DNA of 64,000 nt from a virus. Shown in pieces: positions 52,042 to 60,413 of this stretch; the stretch's first letter is position 1; each line of letters begins with the position of its first letter. The stretch lies in the IMG/VR virus record IMGVR_UViG_3300017917_000894, positions 8,294 to 72,293 of that record; one strand, written 5' to 3'. Under the pieces are notes generated by a model. It was given only the letters and a program-made list of their open reading frames with translations, searched no databases and had not been told where the DNA came from. Position numbers and translations under genes: made by a program.

Positions 52042-52315
52042 ACAATTAGAAAAATACAAAGAACTATATTCTCAATTAATTGTTGAGCTTGTAGGGTTGC
52101 ATAATACGCATTTGTCTTTTATTAAACATGTCGGTCGAGATACCGGAACAGATACTCGACGGCATATTAGAGAAGTTGTACGTATTGCAACCGAGCTAAA
52201 AAGACAAGGTCAGAAAGTCTGTAAAGAAGAAATGGCCAATAAACGATTAGCTAAACAGCAGAAAAAAGAAAATAAAAATAAGAAAAAACGCAATGACTTG
52301 GTTATATCAAAATGA
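52031..52315 (+). CDS. Hypothetical basic protein
   Basis: Overlaps the gp46 stop; start uncertain (51998, 52022 or 52031). Confidence 0.65.
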   Translation: MSNEQLEKYKELYSQLIVELVGLHNTHLSFIKHVGRDTGTDTRRHIREVVRIATELKRQGQKVCKEEMANKRLAKQQKKENKNKKKRNDLVISK

Positions 52316-52718
52316 AGAAATATCTGTATTACCAGAAGATTGTGTAGGATTCGTTTATATTATTACAAACAAAACAAATAACAGAAAATACATTGGCAAA
52401 AAACTAGCAAAATTCTCAAAAACAACATATAAAACTGTAAAATTAAAAAACGGCACTAAAAAGAAAAAGAAAATTCGCAGCAAAATAGATTCAGACTGGC
52501 AAGAATATTATGGCTCTAATGATCAATTAAACAAAGATGTAGCACAACTAGGCAAAGAAAACTTTATTAGAGAAATACTTTATTTTTGTAAATCAAAGGC
52601 AGAATGCAGTTATATCGAAGCAAGAGAACAATTTAGCAGACGAGTATTAGAATCTAACGAATATTATAACGGACACATACAAGTCCGTGTCCATGGCTCT
52701 CATATATTAAAATCTTAA
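52293..52718 (+). CDS. Stand-alone GIY-YIG nuclease-domain protein
   Basis: GFVY...KYIG, YYGS, F.REIL, E and YYN motifs; Lys-rich insert; no C-terminal DNA-binding modules. Confidence 0.8.
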   Translation: MTWLYQNEEISVLPEDCVGFVYIITNKTNNRKYIGKKLAKFSKTTYKTVKLKNGTKKKKKIRSKIDSDWQEYYGSNDQLNKDVAQLGKENFIREILYFCKSKAECSYIEAREQFSRRVLESNEYYNGHIQVRVHGSHILKS

Positions 52719-52739
52719 GGCACTTTTAGCGGTAATAAG

Positions 52740-53170
52740 CTCAGCGTAGGCCAATATCTTACGCCCTAAACCTGGACCTCGGGTCACAGGGATGGAAATC
52801 TCTCGCCGCCAAGAGTACTCAACCACTGCCCGAAAGGATGAAGATCGCTAACTAAGACCTGCGATTTGGTTGTTTGAAAAGGAAAAAATAGGCAAAAAGA
52901 TGTAGGGTCTAACAAACGCCTACAGCATTTTATAACAAGATAGCGTTTATTATAAAATGTGCCGTTGAATAAAGACAGGATGAGCAGGTACCGGTCAACC
53001 GCCTGCGCTACAATAGTCCTAACGCTATGTGACTGTGCAACTCAGATGATGCCCAGCGTTCTTTGCCCTGTGCGGGCAAAGTGTGACCACTTAATCTAGA
53101 TGATATTAAATCGCTTCGCTTTAAAAATGCTTCGAGCGTTAGCGAAGAAGCAAACGAACGCAGTTCGTTT
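52740..53170 (+). ncRNA. Candidate large structured non-coding RNA (family unknown)
   Basis: About 10 stems, several with G-U pairs and GNRA loops on the + strand, plus an 8-nt loop-loop complementarity. No ORF of 60 aa or more. Confidence 0.6.
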
Positions 53171-53177
53171 ATAAATA
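53170..53177 (+). promoter_or_regulatory. T4-type late promoter
   Basis: TATAAATA upstream of ORF 53235. Confidence 0.65.
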
Positions 53178-53234
53178 ATTAAATCAAATTTTGACTAATT
53201 AATTCAAATAGTCTTATTGAGATAGGAATAAAAA

Positions 53235-53804
53235 ATGAAAATCAGCGAACTTATTGTCGAAGATCAAGTAGATGAACGAGTAGGGCAAGCTATCGGTAAG
53301 GCTTGGGGTGGAGCTATGCGAGGTGTCGGTGCAACTGCCGGTGGACTTGCAGGGTCGTGGGATGCAATGAAACAGGGTTATCGTGCAGGTAAAGCCGCAG
53401 TTTCTGGAAGAGCAAATTCCGATGATCAAGATCCGACATTGACTAGAAATCAATCAGGAACAACTTCTCCAGCTCAACAAGGATCAGCTACACAACAACC
53501 TGCAGGTTCGCAGTCTCAGACTTCTGCTCCTACCGGGCAGGCTGCAAGTACACCTAATCAATCTAATACTGGCACACCAGCTGGGGCTACTACAACTCCA
53601 GCAGCAATGAAAGCCGCTGAAATTGTAAAAGATTTAGATGACGTTTGGGATAAAGCTACTGCTGATCAAGGAAGTCAAACAACTTCAGTTCAAGTTCAAC
53701 AAAAAATTAGAGCAATGGCAAAAGCCGCTGGCATGGCAGGTCAAGTTGTTGAACGTAAAAAGATTGCAGAATTTCACAGCCGTTTTTTAGGAATGACTAT
53801 TTAA
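53235..53804 (+). CDS. Hypothetical late protein, possibly head-internal
   Basis: Late promoter; MKISELIVE..VDE N-terminus; Gly/Ala/Gln/Thr low complexity. Confidence 0.7.
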   Translation: MKISELIVEDQVDERVGQAIGKAWGGAMRGVGATAGGLAGSWDAMKQGYRAGKAAVSGRANSDDQDPTLTRNQSGTTSPAQQGSATQQPAGSQSQTSAPTGQAASTPNQSNTGTPAGATTTPAAMKAAEIVKDLDDVWDKATADQGSQTTSVQVQQKIRAMAKAAGMAGQVVERKKIAEFHSRFLGMTI

Positions 53805-54037
53805 AAGAACGGCAGTCCAGAATTTTTAGTAGTTTCTAAATTTTCTTCAATTAATTTTGAAATTATAAGTCGTTCGTCTGTGGTTAAAAGATGTGCTTCA
53901 GAATAACTTAGACTTCCTCTCATATACCAACAGAGTTTAACTAATTCTTCTTTAATGGCTTTTACATCTTTTTCGTAATCTTGAACTAATTTTTCAATTT
54001 CCGAAATGTTTAGTTGTAAAAGCCTTAAGCGAAAAAA
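53801..54037 (-). CDS. Un-annotated -1 frame ORF (gp51/tail-chaperone extension-like), probably reached by frameshift
   Basis: 78 sense codons, FFRLRLLQLNISEIEKLVQDYEKDVKAIKEELVKLCWYMRGSLSYSEAHLLTTDERLIISKLIEENLETTKNSGLPFF*. The only ATG is at 53923. It fills the gap exactly and overlaps the convergent stop. Confidence 0.7.
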   Translation of the reverse strand, partial: FFRLRLLQLNISEIEKLVQDYEKDVKAIKEELVKLCWYMRGSLSYSEAHLLTTDERLIISKLIEENLETTKNSGLPFF

Positions 54038-54894
54038 CTTGCGGCGTCAAAAGTTAACGGTACTTCAATAGTGTCACCGCTAAATCCTTTTTCTCGTAAT
54101 TCGTCTGTAATTGGAACAACAATTGGTTTAACAGAGTTTACTTCTTTAAGTTGTTCAAGATGTGTTTGAACAACATTAAAAATACTTTTATCTGCATTAT
54201 CAATAAACTCTTTTATAAATTCTGGATTGTCTGTCGATCCTTGGCTAGAGTCGACTCTGTATATGCTAGCTCCAACCATTCCTATGGTAACTCGTGTTAA
54301 TTTTGCAAAACTTTCTTTAAACACTTTTATTTTTTCTTCGTCACTGAGTGTATCTTCATTAGCTACCTGCATAATTTTTTGAGTTTCAAAACTCTGTATA
54401 GACATTTCAGTTACCTGTCGATAGTTAACTGGTCGAACAAATACTGTAAGATCATCGTTAATTGGCACATGAGGTACCCAAGTAATTCTATTCATTAGAT
54501 CATCTAATACGTAACGTAGGTCAACTACATACTCTAATTCAGTGTCGCCTATTTTTAACGGAGTAGTTAAACGTTCACCGTAGGTTGCAATACGTATAGC
54601 AATTAAAATTACGTCCATGTCAATACTAGGTACAGACCATGCATCTCGAATATTTGGAATACAATTTTGAATAACATCGACTACAGCTTGACCATTCATT
54701 AATGCATCGGGAATTTTTAACATTAACTCATCTTGTGCAGTCATTGAATAGACAGGATATTCACCATTTTCAGAAACATTTAGAGATCCTTCTGGCCAAT
54801 ACTTGCCTTCACTGGGCAATCGAATATAAATTTTTGGTTGCCTCATGAATGCAGTTAATGGGTTTTGTGGTCTAACTTGCCCAGGTGATGTCAT
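54025..54894 (-). CDS. Baseplate hub assembly/tail chaperone protein, gp26-like
   Basis: LPS.G, MTAQDE, D.DVILIAIRIATYGE and terminal SFFA; GGAG RBS; next to the tape measure gene. Confidence 0.75.
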   Translation of the reverse strand: MTSPGQVRPQNPLTAFMRQPKIYIRLPSEGKYWPEGSLNVSENGEYPVYSMTAQDELMLKIPDALMNGQAVVDVIQNCIPNIRDAWSVPSIDMDVILIAIRIATYGERLTTPLKIGDTELEYVVDLRYVLDDLMNRITWVPHVPINDDLTVFVRPVNYRQVTEMSIQSFETQKIMQVANEDTLSDEEKIKVFKESFAKLTRVTIGMVGASIYRVDSSQGSTDNPEFIKEFIDNADKSIFNVVQTHLEQLKEVNSVKPIVVPITDELREKGFSGDTIEVPLTFDAASFFA

Positions 54895-54906
54895 AATTTT
54901 GTCTCC

Positions 54907-54942
54907 GATAAATAAACTGTAATATAGGTAGTCTTATTTATA
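54907..54942. promoter_or_regulatory. Pair of opposed late promoters
   Basis: GATAAATA on + (54907-14) and TATAAATA on - (54935-42) in a 71-bp divergent gap. Confidence 0.6.
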
Positions 54943-54965
54943 TACGCAGATAATACGAAAATACA

Positions 54966-57221
54966 ATGGCTGAAGTCACCGGAAGAATAGGCAACGAAGA
55001 AGTTGAGTTAAACAATGCTGCCACAGAAGCTACCCTTAAAATGCTTCTTCAGGCTACACTCGCTGCGGCTAAAGGCTCTAAAGAAGATCTAAAGAAAATT
55101 GCAGAACTAGCAACTAAAGCTGGTCTTGATGGAGAAAGTATAGAACAGGCTAACAGAGCTGTTCAGGCTACTACTCCGCAAATGAATGCACTAGGTCGTG
55201 CATCATTTATTGTAGGTGCTACATTTGGACAAGTTGAACAAACCCTACAAACTGTATGGAAAACTGGAGAACTCCTAGCGTCTGGTAATGCACAGGCCAG
55301 TCAAATATTAAACAACATGGCAACAATGTTGCCTGGTCCACTAGCAGCAGTTACTAGAGGTTTATCGGCCCTAGCAGCATTCCAGGAAGGAATGCTGACT
55401 CAATATCAAACACTGACAAAAGCTGGTGTTAATTTTGGGGGTAGCCTAACTGATTTAAGATTGGCAGCTAGTCAAACTTATATGACTATGCAAGAGTTTA
55501 CTGCTCTTGCATCTGCAAATGCAGGAACATTTGCAAAAATGGGAGGCAGCGTTGATCAAGGTGCTAGATCATTTGTAACTTTGAGTAACACTCTTAATAA
55601 AAGCGAAATGGGCACAGGGCTGCGAGCATTAGGCATGACAACTCAAGAAGTTAATCAAGGTCTTGTTGATTACATTGCTTTAACAGGTGGTAGAACTAGA
55701 AAAGAATTAGAAAATACATCTGCTTTAACAAAAGGTGCAACTGAGTATCTAGAACAGTTAGACGGACTTTCTAAGTTAACTGGAGAAAGTAAAGAAGCTC
55801 TAGCAGCAAAAATGAAGGAAGAATCGGCTAATCAAGCATTTGAGGCATATCTATTAACATTAGATGAAGAAGGTCGTAAAAAAGCCAATGCCGCAAGATT
55901 AGAAGCTGAAGCACGCGGCGGCAAAGGAGCAGCACAAGCTCTGCAAGCTAAGTTAATGGGCTTACCTCCAATGACCGAAGCGGCTCAAAAATTTGTTGGC
56001 ACAATGCAAAATGGGAATCAAGCATTAGATGGGTTAGCTGCCGGAGTTTCCGATACTTCTAAAACAGTTGACGACGTTAAACGATCCGGTGCAGGGTTCA
56101 GTGCCGGACTAGCACAAGATGGTAGAAATTTAAAACAAGTTGGATCAGCTATGATTATGGCTGGTAAAGATACTGAACTCTATGGCAGAGCATTAAAAGC
56201 AGCCAACGATGCTCAACGAAATCAAATTACTAGCACTGAAGAACAAATTGCTTTTGAACGCAAAATTGCAGAAGAAGCAAGAAAACAAAAAGAATCAGAG
56301 GCTGCTGCCGCAGTAGAAACTAAAAAGGCCTTAGAAGAAATAGGGCAAAAATTATTGGCAGCGTTTATGCCAGTAGTACAAGTTGGATTAAAAGTAGTAA
56401 ATGCACTAGCACCTTTTGCTCCTGCTATAATGGCAGTTGTTGCCGCATTAGCAACTTTTAAAGCAGCAATGGCCGCAAGAGCAATGCTCGGCGGTGGAGG
56501 CGGATTACCGGGCCTTCCTGGAGGTGGCGGAGGTGCACCTGGTCCTGCTGGCGCTGGGGGTGCTCTCGGAACAATGGGAGCAGGAATGCGAGGTGCTGCC
56601 GCAGGTCTAAGAGCGTTTGCTAATCCTATGGTTATTGCTGGATCAGTTGGTTTTGGTGTTGCTATTGCTGCAATCGGCGCAGGACTTGCCGGTGCTACTT
56701 GGTTGATGGGTAAAGCATTGCCAACATTAGCCGAAGGCTTTATGAAATTTACCGAAATTGATGGCGTTAAGCTGGGAGGCAACGCTATGGGCATTGGTAA
56801 ATTGGGTATTGGTTTATTACCATTTGCACCTATGGCTATTTGGGGATTGCCTGTCGGTCTTGCATTAAACATGATGGGCGACGGCCTACAAAAAATTGCT
56901 TCAGTTGATCCGGTACAATTAGAAAAAGTAGCAGCCGGAATGGAAAGAGTTAAAGCTGCAACTCCTACAGTAGGCGAATCTATTCGAGCTGGTATTGCTG
57001 GTCTTGTATCAAAAGTTACAACCACTGCAGAACCTGCCAGTGGCGGTGGCGCACGTTCGGCAACTAGAGAAGATATCGGTGCATTAAATAATCTAGTTGC
57101 CGAGGTTAAGCGGTTAAATAGTGTATCTGCAGAAATGCTGAAATATGTTAAAGAAACAGCAGATCAAGCAAGAAAGAATGTAGAAGCTACTAAATCAATC
57201 AATGGGAACCTCTTTGCCTAA
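54966..57221 (+). CDS. Tail tape measure protein
   Basis: 751 aa, Ala/Gly/Leu-rich helical sequence with hydrophobic segments; next to the chaperone-like gene. Confidence 0.75.
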   Translation: MAEVTGRIGNEEVELNNAATEATLKMLLQATLAAAKGSKEDLKKIAELATKAGLDGESIEQANRAVQATTPQMNALGRASFIVGATFGQVEQTLQTVWKTGELLASGNAQASQILNNMATMLPGPLAAVTRGLSALAAFQEGMLTQYQTLTKAGVNFGGSLTDLRLAASQTYMTMQEFTALASANAGTFAKMGGSVDQGARSFVTLSNTLNKSEMGTGLRALGMTTQEVNQGLVDYIALTGGRTRKELENTSALTKGATEYLEQLDGLSKLTGESKEALAAKMKEESANQAFEAYLLTLDEEGRKKANAARLEAEARGGKGAAQALQAKLMGLPPMTEAAQKFVGTMQNGNQALDGLAAGVSDTSKTVDDVKRSGAGFSAGLAQDGRNLKQVGSAMIMAGKDTELYGRALKAANDAQRNQITSTEEQIAFERKIAEEARKQKESEAAAAVETKKALEEIGQKLLAAFMPVVQVGLKVVNALAPFAPAIMAVVAALATFKAAMAARAMLGGGGGLPGLPGGGGGAPGPAGAGGALGTMGAGMRGAAAGLRAFANPMVIAGSVGFGVAIAAIGAGLAGATWLMGKALPTLAEGFMKFTEIDGVKLGGNAMGIGKLGIGLLPFAPMAIWGLPVGLALNMMGDGLQKIASVDPVQLEKVAAGMERVKAATPTVGESIRAGIAGLVSKVTTTAEPASGGGARSATREDIGALNNLVAEVKRLNSVSAEMLKYVKETADQARKNVEATKSINGNLFA

Positions 57222-57223
57222 TT

Positions 57224-58933
57224 ATGAGCTGGAAAAAATACTTTACACCTGTTAATACTTCTGGGGCTCTCAGTCCAATTAGTGGATCTACAGGATCTCA
57301 CGCCAATCCTACACATAGAAACTATTCTAGTTTCTTACCAGATGTATATTCTGGGCACCCTAATCGTTTAGAACGTTACGGTCAATACGATACAATGGAT
57401 GCTGACAGCGAAGTAAACGCCGCATTAGATATTCTTGCTGAATTTTGTACACAACAAAACGAAGAAAATGGAACTCCTTTCCGTGTATTTTTTAAAGAAC
57501 AGGCTACTGCTACTGAAATAAAAATCATTAGGCAGTTGATGCAACAATGGACTAAGTCTAACAAATTTCAAACTAGAATGTTTAAAATTGTTAGAAATAC
57601 ATTCAAATACGGAGATGTATTCTTTGTCCGAGATCCAGAAACACAAAAATGGTTATATGTTGATCCTGCTAAAGTCGACAGCATCATTGTTAATGAAAGT
57701 GAAGGCAAAAAACCAGAACAGTACATAATTAGAGATTTTAATCCTAATTTAGAAACACTGGCAACTACTGCAATTAATCCAAGTAACGTTACTGGAGGCG
57801 GAAGCCAGTTTTCAAGTGGATATGCAGGCAGCAATGCAGGTGTTGGCATGAGTAGAGGTATGACTGGTTCTTATCCTACTAACTTAAATTCTAATAGATT
57901 TCAACGAAACGAACAGCAGTATGCAATTGATGCTAGACATGTAATTCATTTGAGTTTAAGCGAAGGATTAGATAACAACTATCCATTTGGTACTAGTTTG
58001 TTAGAAGCTATCTTTAAAGTCTATAAACAAAAAGAATTACTTGAAGATGCAATTATTATCTATCGTATTCAAAGAGCCCCAGAACGTAGAGTATTCTATA
58101 TCGACGTAGGTAATATGCCAAGCCATTTGGCTATGAGCTTTGTCGAGCGTGTTAAAAACGAAGTTAATCAAAGGCGCATCCCTAGTGTCACTGGCGGGAG
58201 CCAGAGCGTGATCGATGCCGGATATAATCCACTTTCTATTAATGAAGATTACTTTTTTCCGCAGACCGCCGAAGGCCGCGGCAGTAAAGTTGAAGTTCTT
58301 CCAGGCGGAACTAACTTAGGAGAAATTGATGATCTTAAGTATTTTACTAATAAGCTGTTTCGTGCTTTACGCATACCTAGCTCTTATCTACCTACCGGAC
58401 CTGACGACGGAGGATCTAACTTCAATGATGGTCGAGTTGGAACAGCATACATTCAAGAATTAAGATTTAACAAATACTGCGAACGGCTACAAAGCCTTTT
58501 ACACGAAGTATTTGACTCAGAATTTAAAATGTATCTACATAATAAAGGTATTAATGTAGACAGTAACATTTTTGATGTTAAATTTAATCCCCCACAAAAC
58601 TTTGCAAGTTATCGACAGGCCGAAATGGACGGAGTCCGAATGAACGTGTTTGGACAGGTAGCACAGATACCGTTCTTAAGTAAGAGATTTGCATTAAAGA
58701 GATTCTTAGGATTAAGTGCTGAAGAAATGGCAGATAACGAAAAGCTATGGCGTGAAGAAAATGTCGATGTAGATGAAGCGTTACCTGCTAATGCCGAATT
58801 AAGAAGTGTAGGTGTAACTGCCGCAGGTGTTGGCGGTGATATGTCTGCAATTGGCGGTGCCACTGTGCCACCGGCCCCAGAGACACCTACTGGAACAGAG
58901 ACAGCTCCTGAAACAACCCCGCCCGCAGCATAA
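57224..58933 (+). CDS. Portal protein gp20
   Basis: EDAIIIYRIQRAPERRVFYIDVGNMP, EDYFFP, LPGG.NLGEIDD and ELRF.K. Confidence 0.96.
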   Translation: MSWKKYFTPVNTSGALSPISGSTGSHANPTHRNYSSFLPDVYSGHPNRLERYGQYDTMDADSEVNAALDILAEFCTQQNEENGTPFRVFFKEQATATEIKIIRQLMQQWTKSNKFQTRMFKIVRNTFKYGDVFFVRDPETQKWLYVDPAKVDSIIVNESEGKKPEQYIIRDFNPNLETLATTAINPSNVTGGGSQFSSGYAGSNAGVGMSRGMTGSYPTNLNSNRFQRNEQQYAIDARHVIHLSLSEGLDNNYPFGTSLLEAIFKVYKQKELLEDAIIIYRIQRAPERRVFYIDVGNMPSHLAMSFVERVKNEVNQRRIPSVTGGSQSVIDAGYNPLSINEDYFFPQTAEGRGSKVEVLPGGTNLGEIDDLKYFTNKLFRALRIPSSYLPTGPDDGGSNFNDGRVGTAYIQELRFNKYCERLQSLLHEVFDSEFKMYLHNKGINVDSNIFDVKFNPPQNFASYRQAEMDGVRMNVFGQVAQIPFLSKRFALKRFLGLSAEEMADNEKLWREENVDVDEALPANAELRSVGVTAAGVGGDMSAIGGATVPPAPETPTGTETAPETTPPAA

Positions 58934-58941
58934 ATATTGCT

Positions 58942-59187
58942 ATGTTTCTAAGAGAATTCATTTATTTTGATCGCAAACATGCCGAAATGGCTGACGACCT
59001 AAGATACGAGTCGGATAAAGACACGTCGGTATTAGGGCCTAACGATACTAGAAAATCAGCACGATTGACATTAAAAATGCTTAATGATCTACGTAAAGCC
59101 AGTGACGCAAGAGAAAAAGAAATGAAGGAAGAGCTAGCATTAGTTAGAAAAATGTATGCTTCTCCACCTCCGGAAGCAGCGGCTTAA
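58942..59187 (+). CDS. Small head-associated hypothetical protein
   Basis: CATAAATA directly upstream; 81 aa with RLTL..LN.LRK. Confidence 0.7.
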   Translation: MFLREFIYFDRKHAEMADDLRYESDKDTSVLGPNDTRKSARLTLKMLNDLRKASDAREKEMKEELALVRKMYASPPPEAAA

Positions 59188-59374
59188 TAACTTATAACTT
59201 AATTTGTAAATTGCAGACTTAAATATTTTTAACAAAATAAAGAAAAATTTGTTAAAAATCATCACTCTAAGGTCAAAAACTGACGTTTTTTGGCCTATTT
59301 CGTGCATGTTTTCTCTACTCATATTAAATAACAACACAGCCTTGCCGCGAAACTAACATAGGAGAAAACCCGCA

Positions 59375-60400
59375 ATGTCTAAGTTTGAACAACTTTTAGA
59401 CTTGATTGTCAACGAAGAACATGACAAAGCTAATGAGCTTTTCCATGAGATCGTTGTAGAAAAGTCTAGAGAAATTTACGAAAATTTAATTGCAGAAGAA
59501 ATGGAAGACGATGTCGAAGAAAGCATGGACGACGACGTTGAAGAATCTGCTGACGAAGAAATGGACGAGTCCGCTGACGAAGAAATGGACGAGTCTACTG
59601 ACGAAGATGTCGAAGAAGCTGCTGACGAAGAAATGGACGAAGCTGCCGACGAAGAAATGGACGAGTCCGAAATGGACTTAGAAGATTCTTTTGAAGTCGA
59701 AGGCGACGACGAAGAAATGGGCGGTCCTGATAAGACTGATGACTTAGAAGGTGACATTTCTGCAGGTGACGACAAAGAACAAGCAATCTTTGATATTAAG
59801 TCTGCATTAGAAGAATTAGAAAGTGCTCTTGCTGCACTAGACGGAGAAGCTTCCGCCGGTGACGACATGGGCATGGGCGACGAAATGCCTGATGACGGTG
59901 GCGACGATATGATGGGCAAGCCAGCAATGGAAGGCCGTCGTATGACACGTGAGTACCGTGAAAAGGTAGGTAACGATTGGGAAAAGAACAGCCAGAAAGC
60001 ACAGGGCGTTTACGCAGGTGCAGGTACTGGTGATAAAGAAGGTGCTCCTGTAGAAGGAAAGAGCCCAATTGCTTCTGGTAAGAACAAGCCAGGCCCAGCT
60101 GGTGTTAACGCAGGAAACCTAAATCAAAGTGCTACTGAAGGTCAAAGCAACACAGGAACAAGCCCAGGTAAAGTAAACCACGGTATTACTCCTACTAAGG
60201 GAGACAAAATGGGTTCTGGAATGCAAAACGTTGATGGTAAGCAAAGCGGTGTAAAAACACTAAGCAAGCAACCGGGTCACGGTCCAGAAAAGAAAGGTGC
60301 TGCTCCAGGTCCAGTAGGTTCTGGTACAGGTGACAAAGCTGGTCAAACTAGCATTGATCCTGCAACAAGCAAGCAGTTCTTAAAGCCTTATAGCAAATAA
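59375..60400 (+). CDS. Acidic prohead core-like protein
   Basis: AGGAG RBS; lies between portal and protease like T4 gp67/gp68; acidic repeats and a Gly/Lys-rich tail. Confidence 0.7.
   Translation: MSKFEQLLDLIVNEEHDKANELFHEIVVEKSREIYENLIAEEMEDDVEESMDDDVEESADEEMDESADEEMDESTDEDVEEAADEEMDEAADEEMDESEMDLEDSFEVEGDDEEMGGPDKTDDLEGDISAGDDKEQAIFDIKSALEELESALAALDGEASAGDDMGMGDEMPDDGGDDMMGKPAMEGRRMTREYREKVGNDWEKNSQKAQGVYAGAGTGDKEGAPVEGKSPIASGKNKPGPAGVNAGNLNQSATEGQSNTGTSPGKVNHGITPTKGDKMGSGMQNVDGKQSGVKTLSKQPGHGPEKKGAAPGPVGSGTGDKAGQTSIDPATSKQFLKPYSK
59501..59668 (+). repeat. Seven in-frame 24-nt tandem repeats encoding ADEEMDES-like octapeptides
   Basis: Units such as gctgacgaagaaatggacgagtcc, gctgacgaagaaatggacgagtct and gctgacgaagaaatggacgaagct. 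Confidence 0.9.
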
Positions 60401-60413
60401 TTAGAGAACCTGG

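Noticed and set aside
53041-53105. C/D-box or TIGR-like guide array (AGATGAT twice)
   Set aside because: Only two copies, no periodic array, and no Nop-domain gene visible.
52719-53170. Group I intron associated with the GIY-YIG gene
   Set aside because: TCAACCACTGCCCGAAAGG and ATAGTCC loosely resemble P7 elements, but I could not build a P3/P7 core, and the flanking ORFs look complete rather than split exons. A covariance-model search is needed to exclude it fully.
59501-59668. CRISPR array
   Set aside because: The repeats abut with no spacers, stay in frame and vary mostly at codon level; no cas genes.
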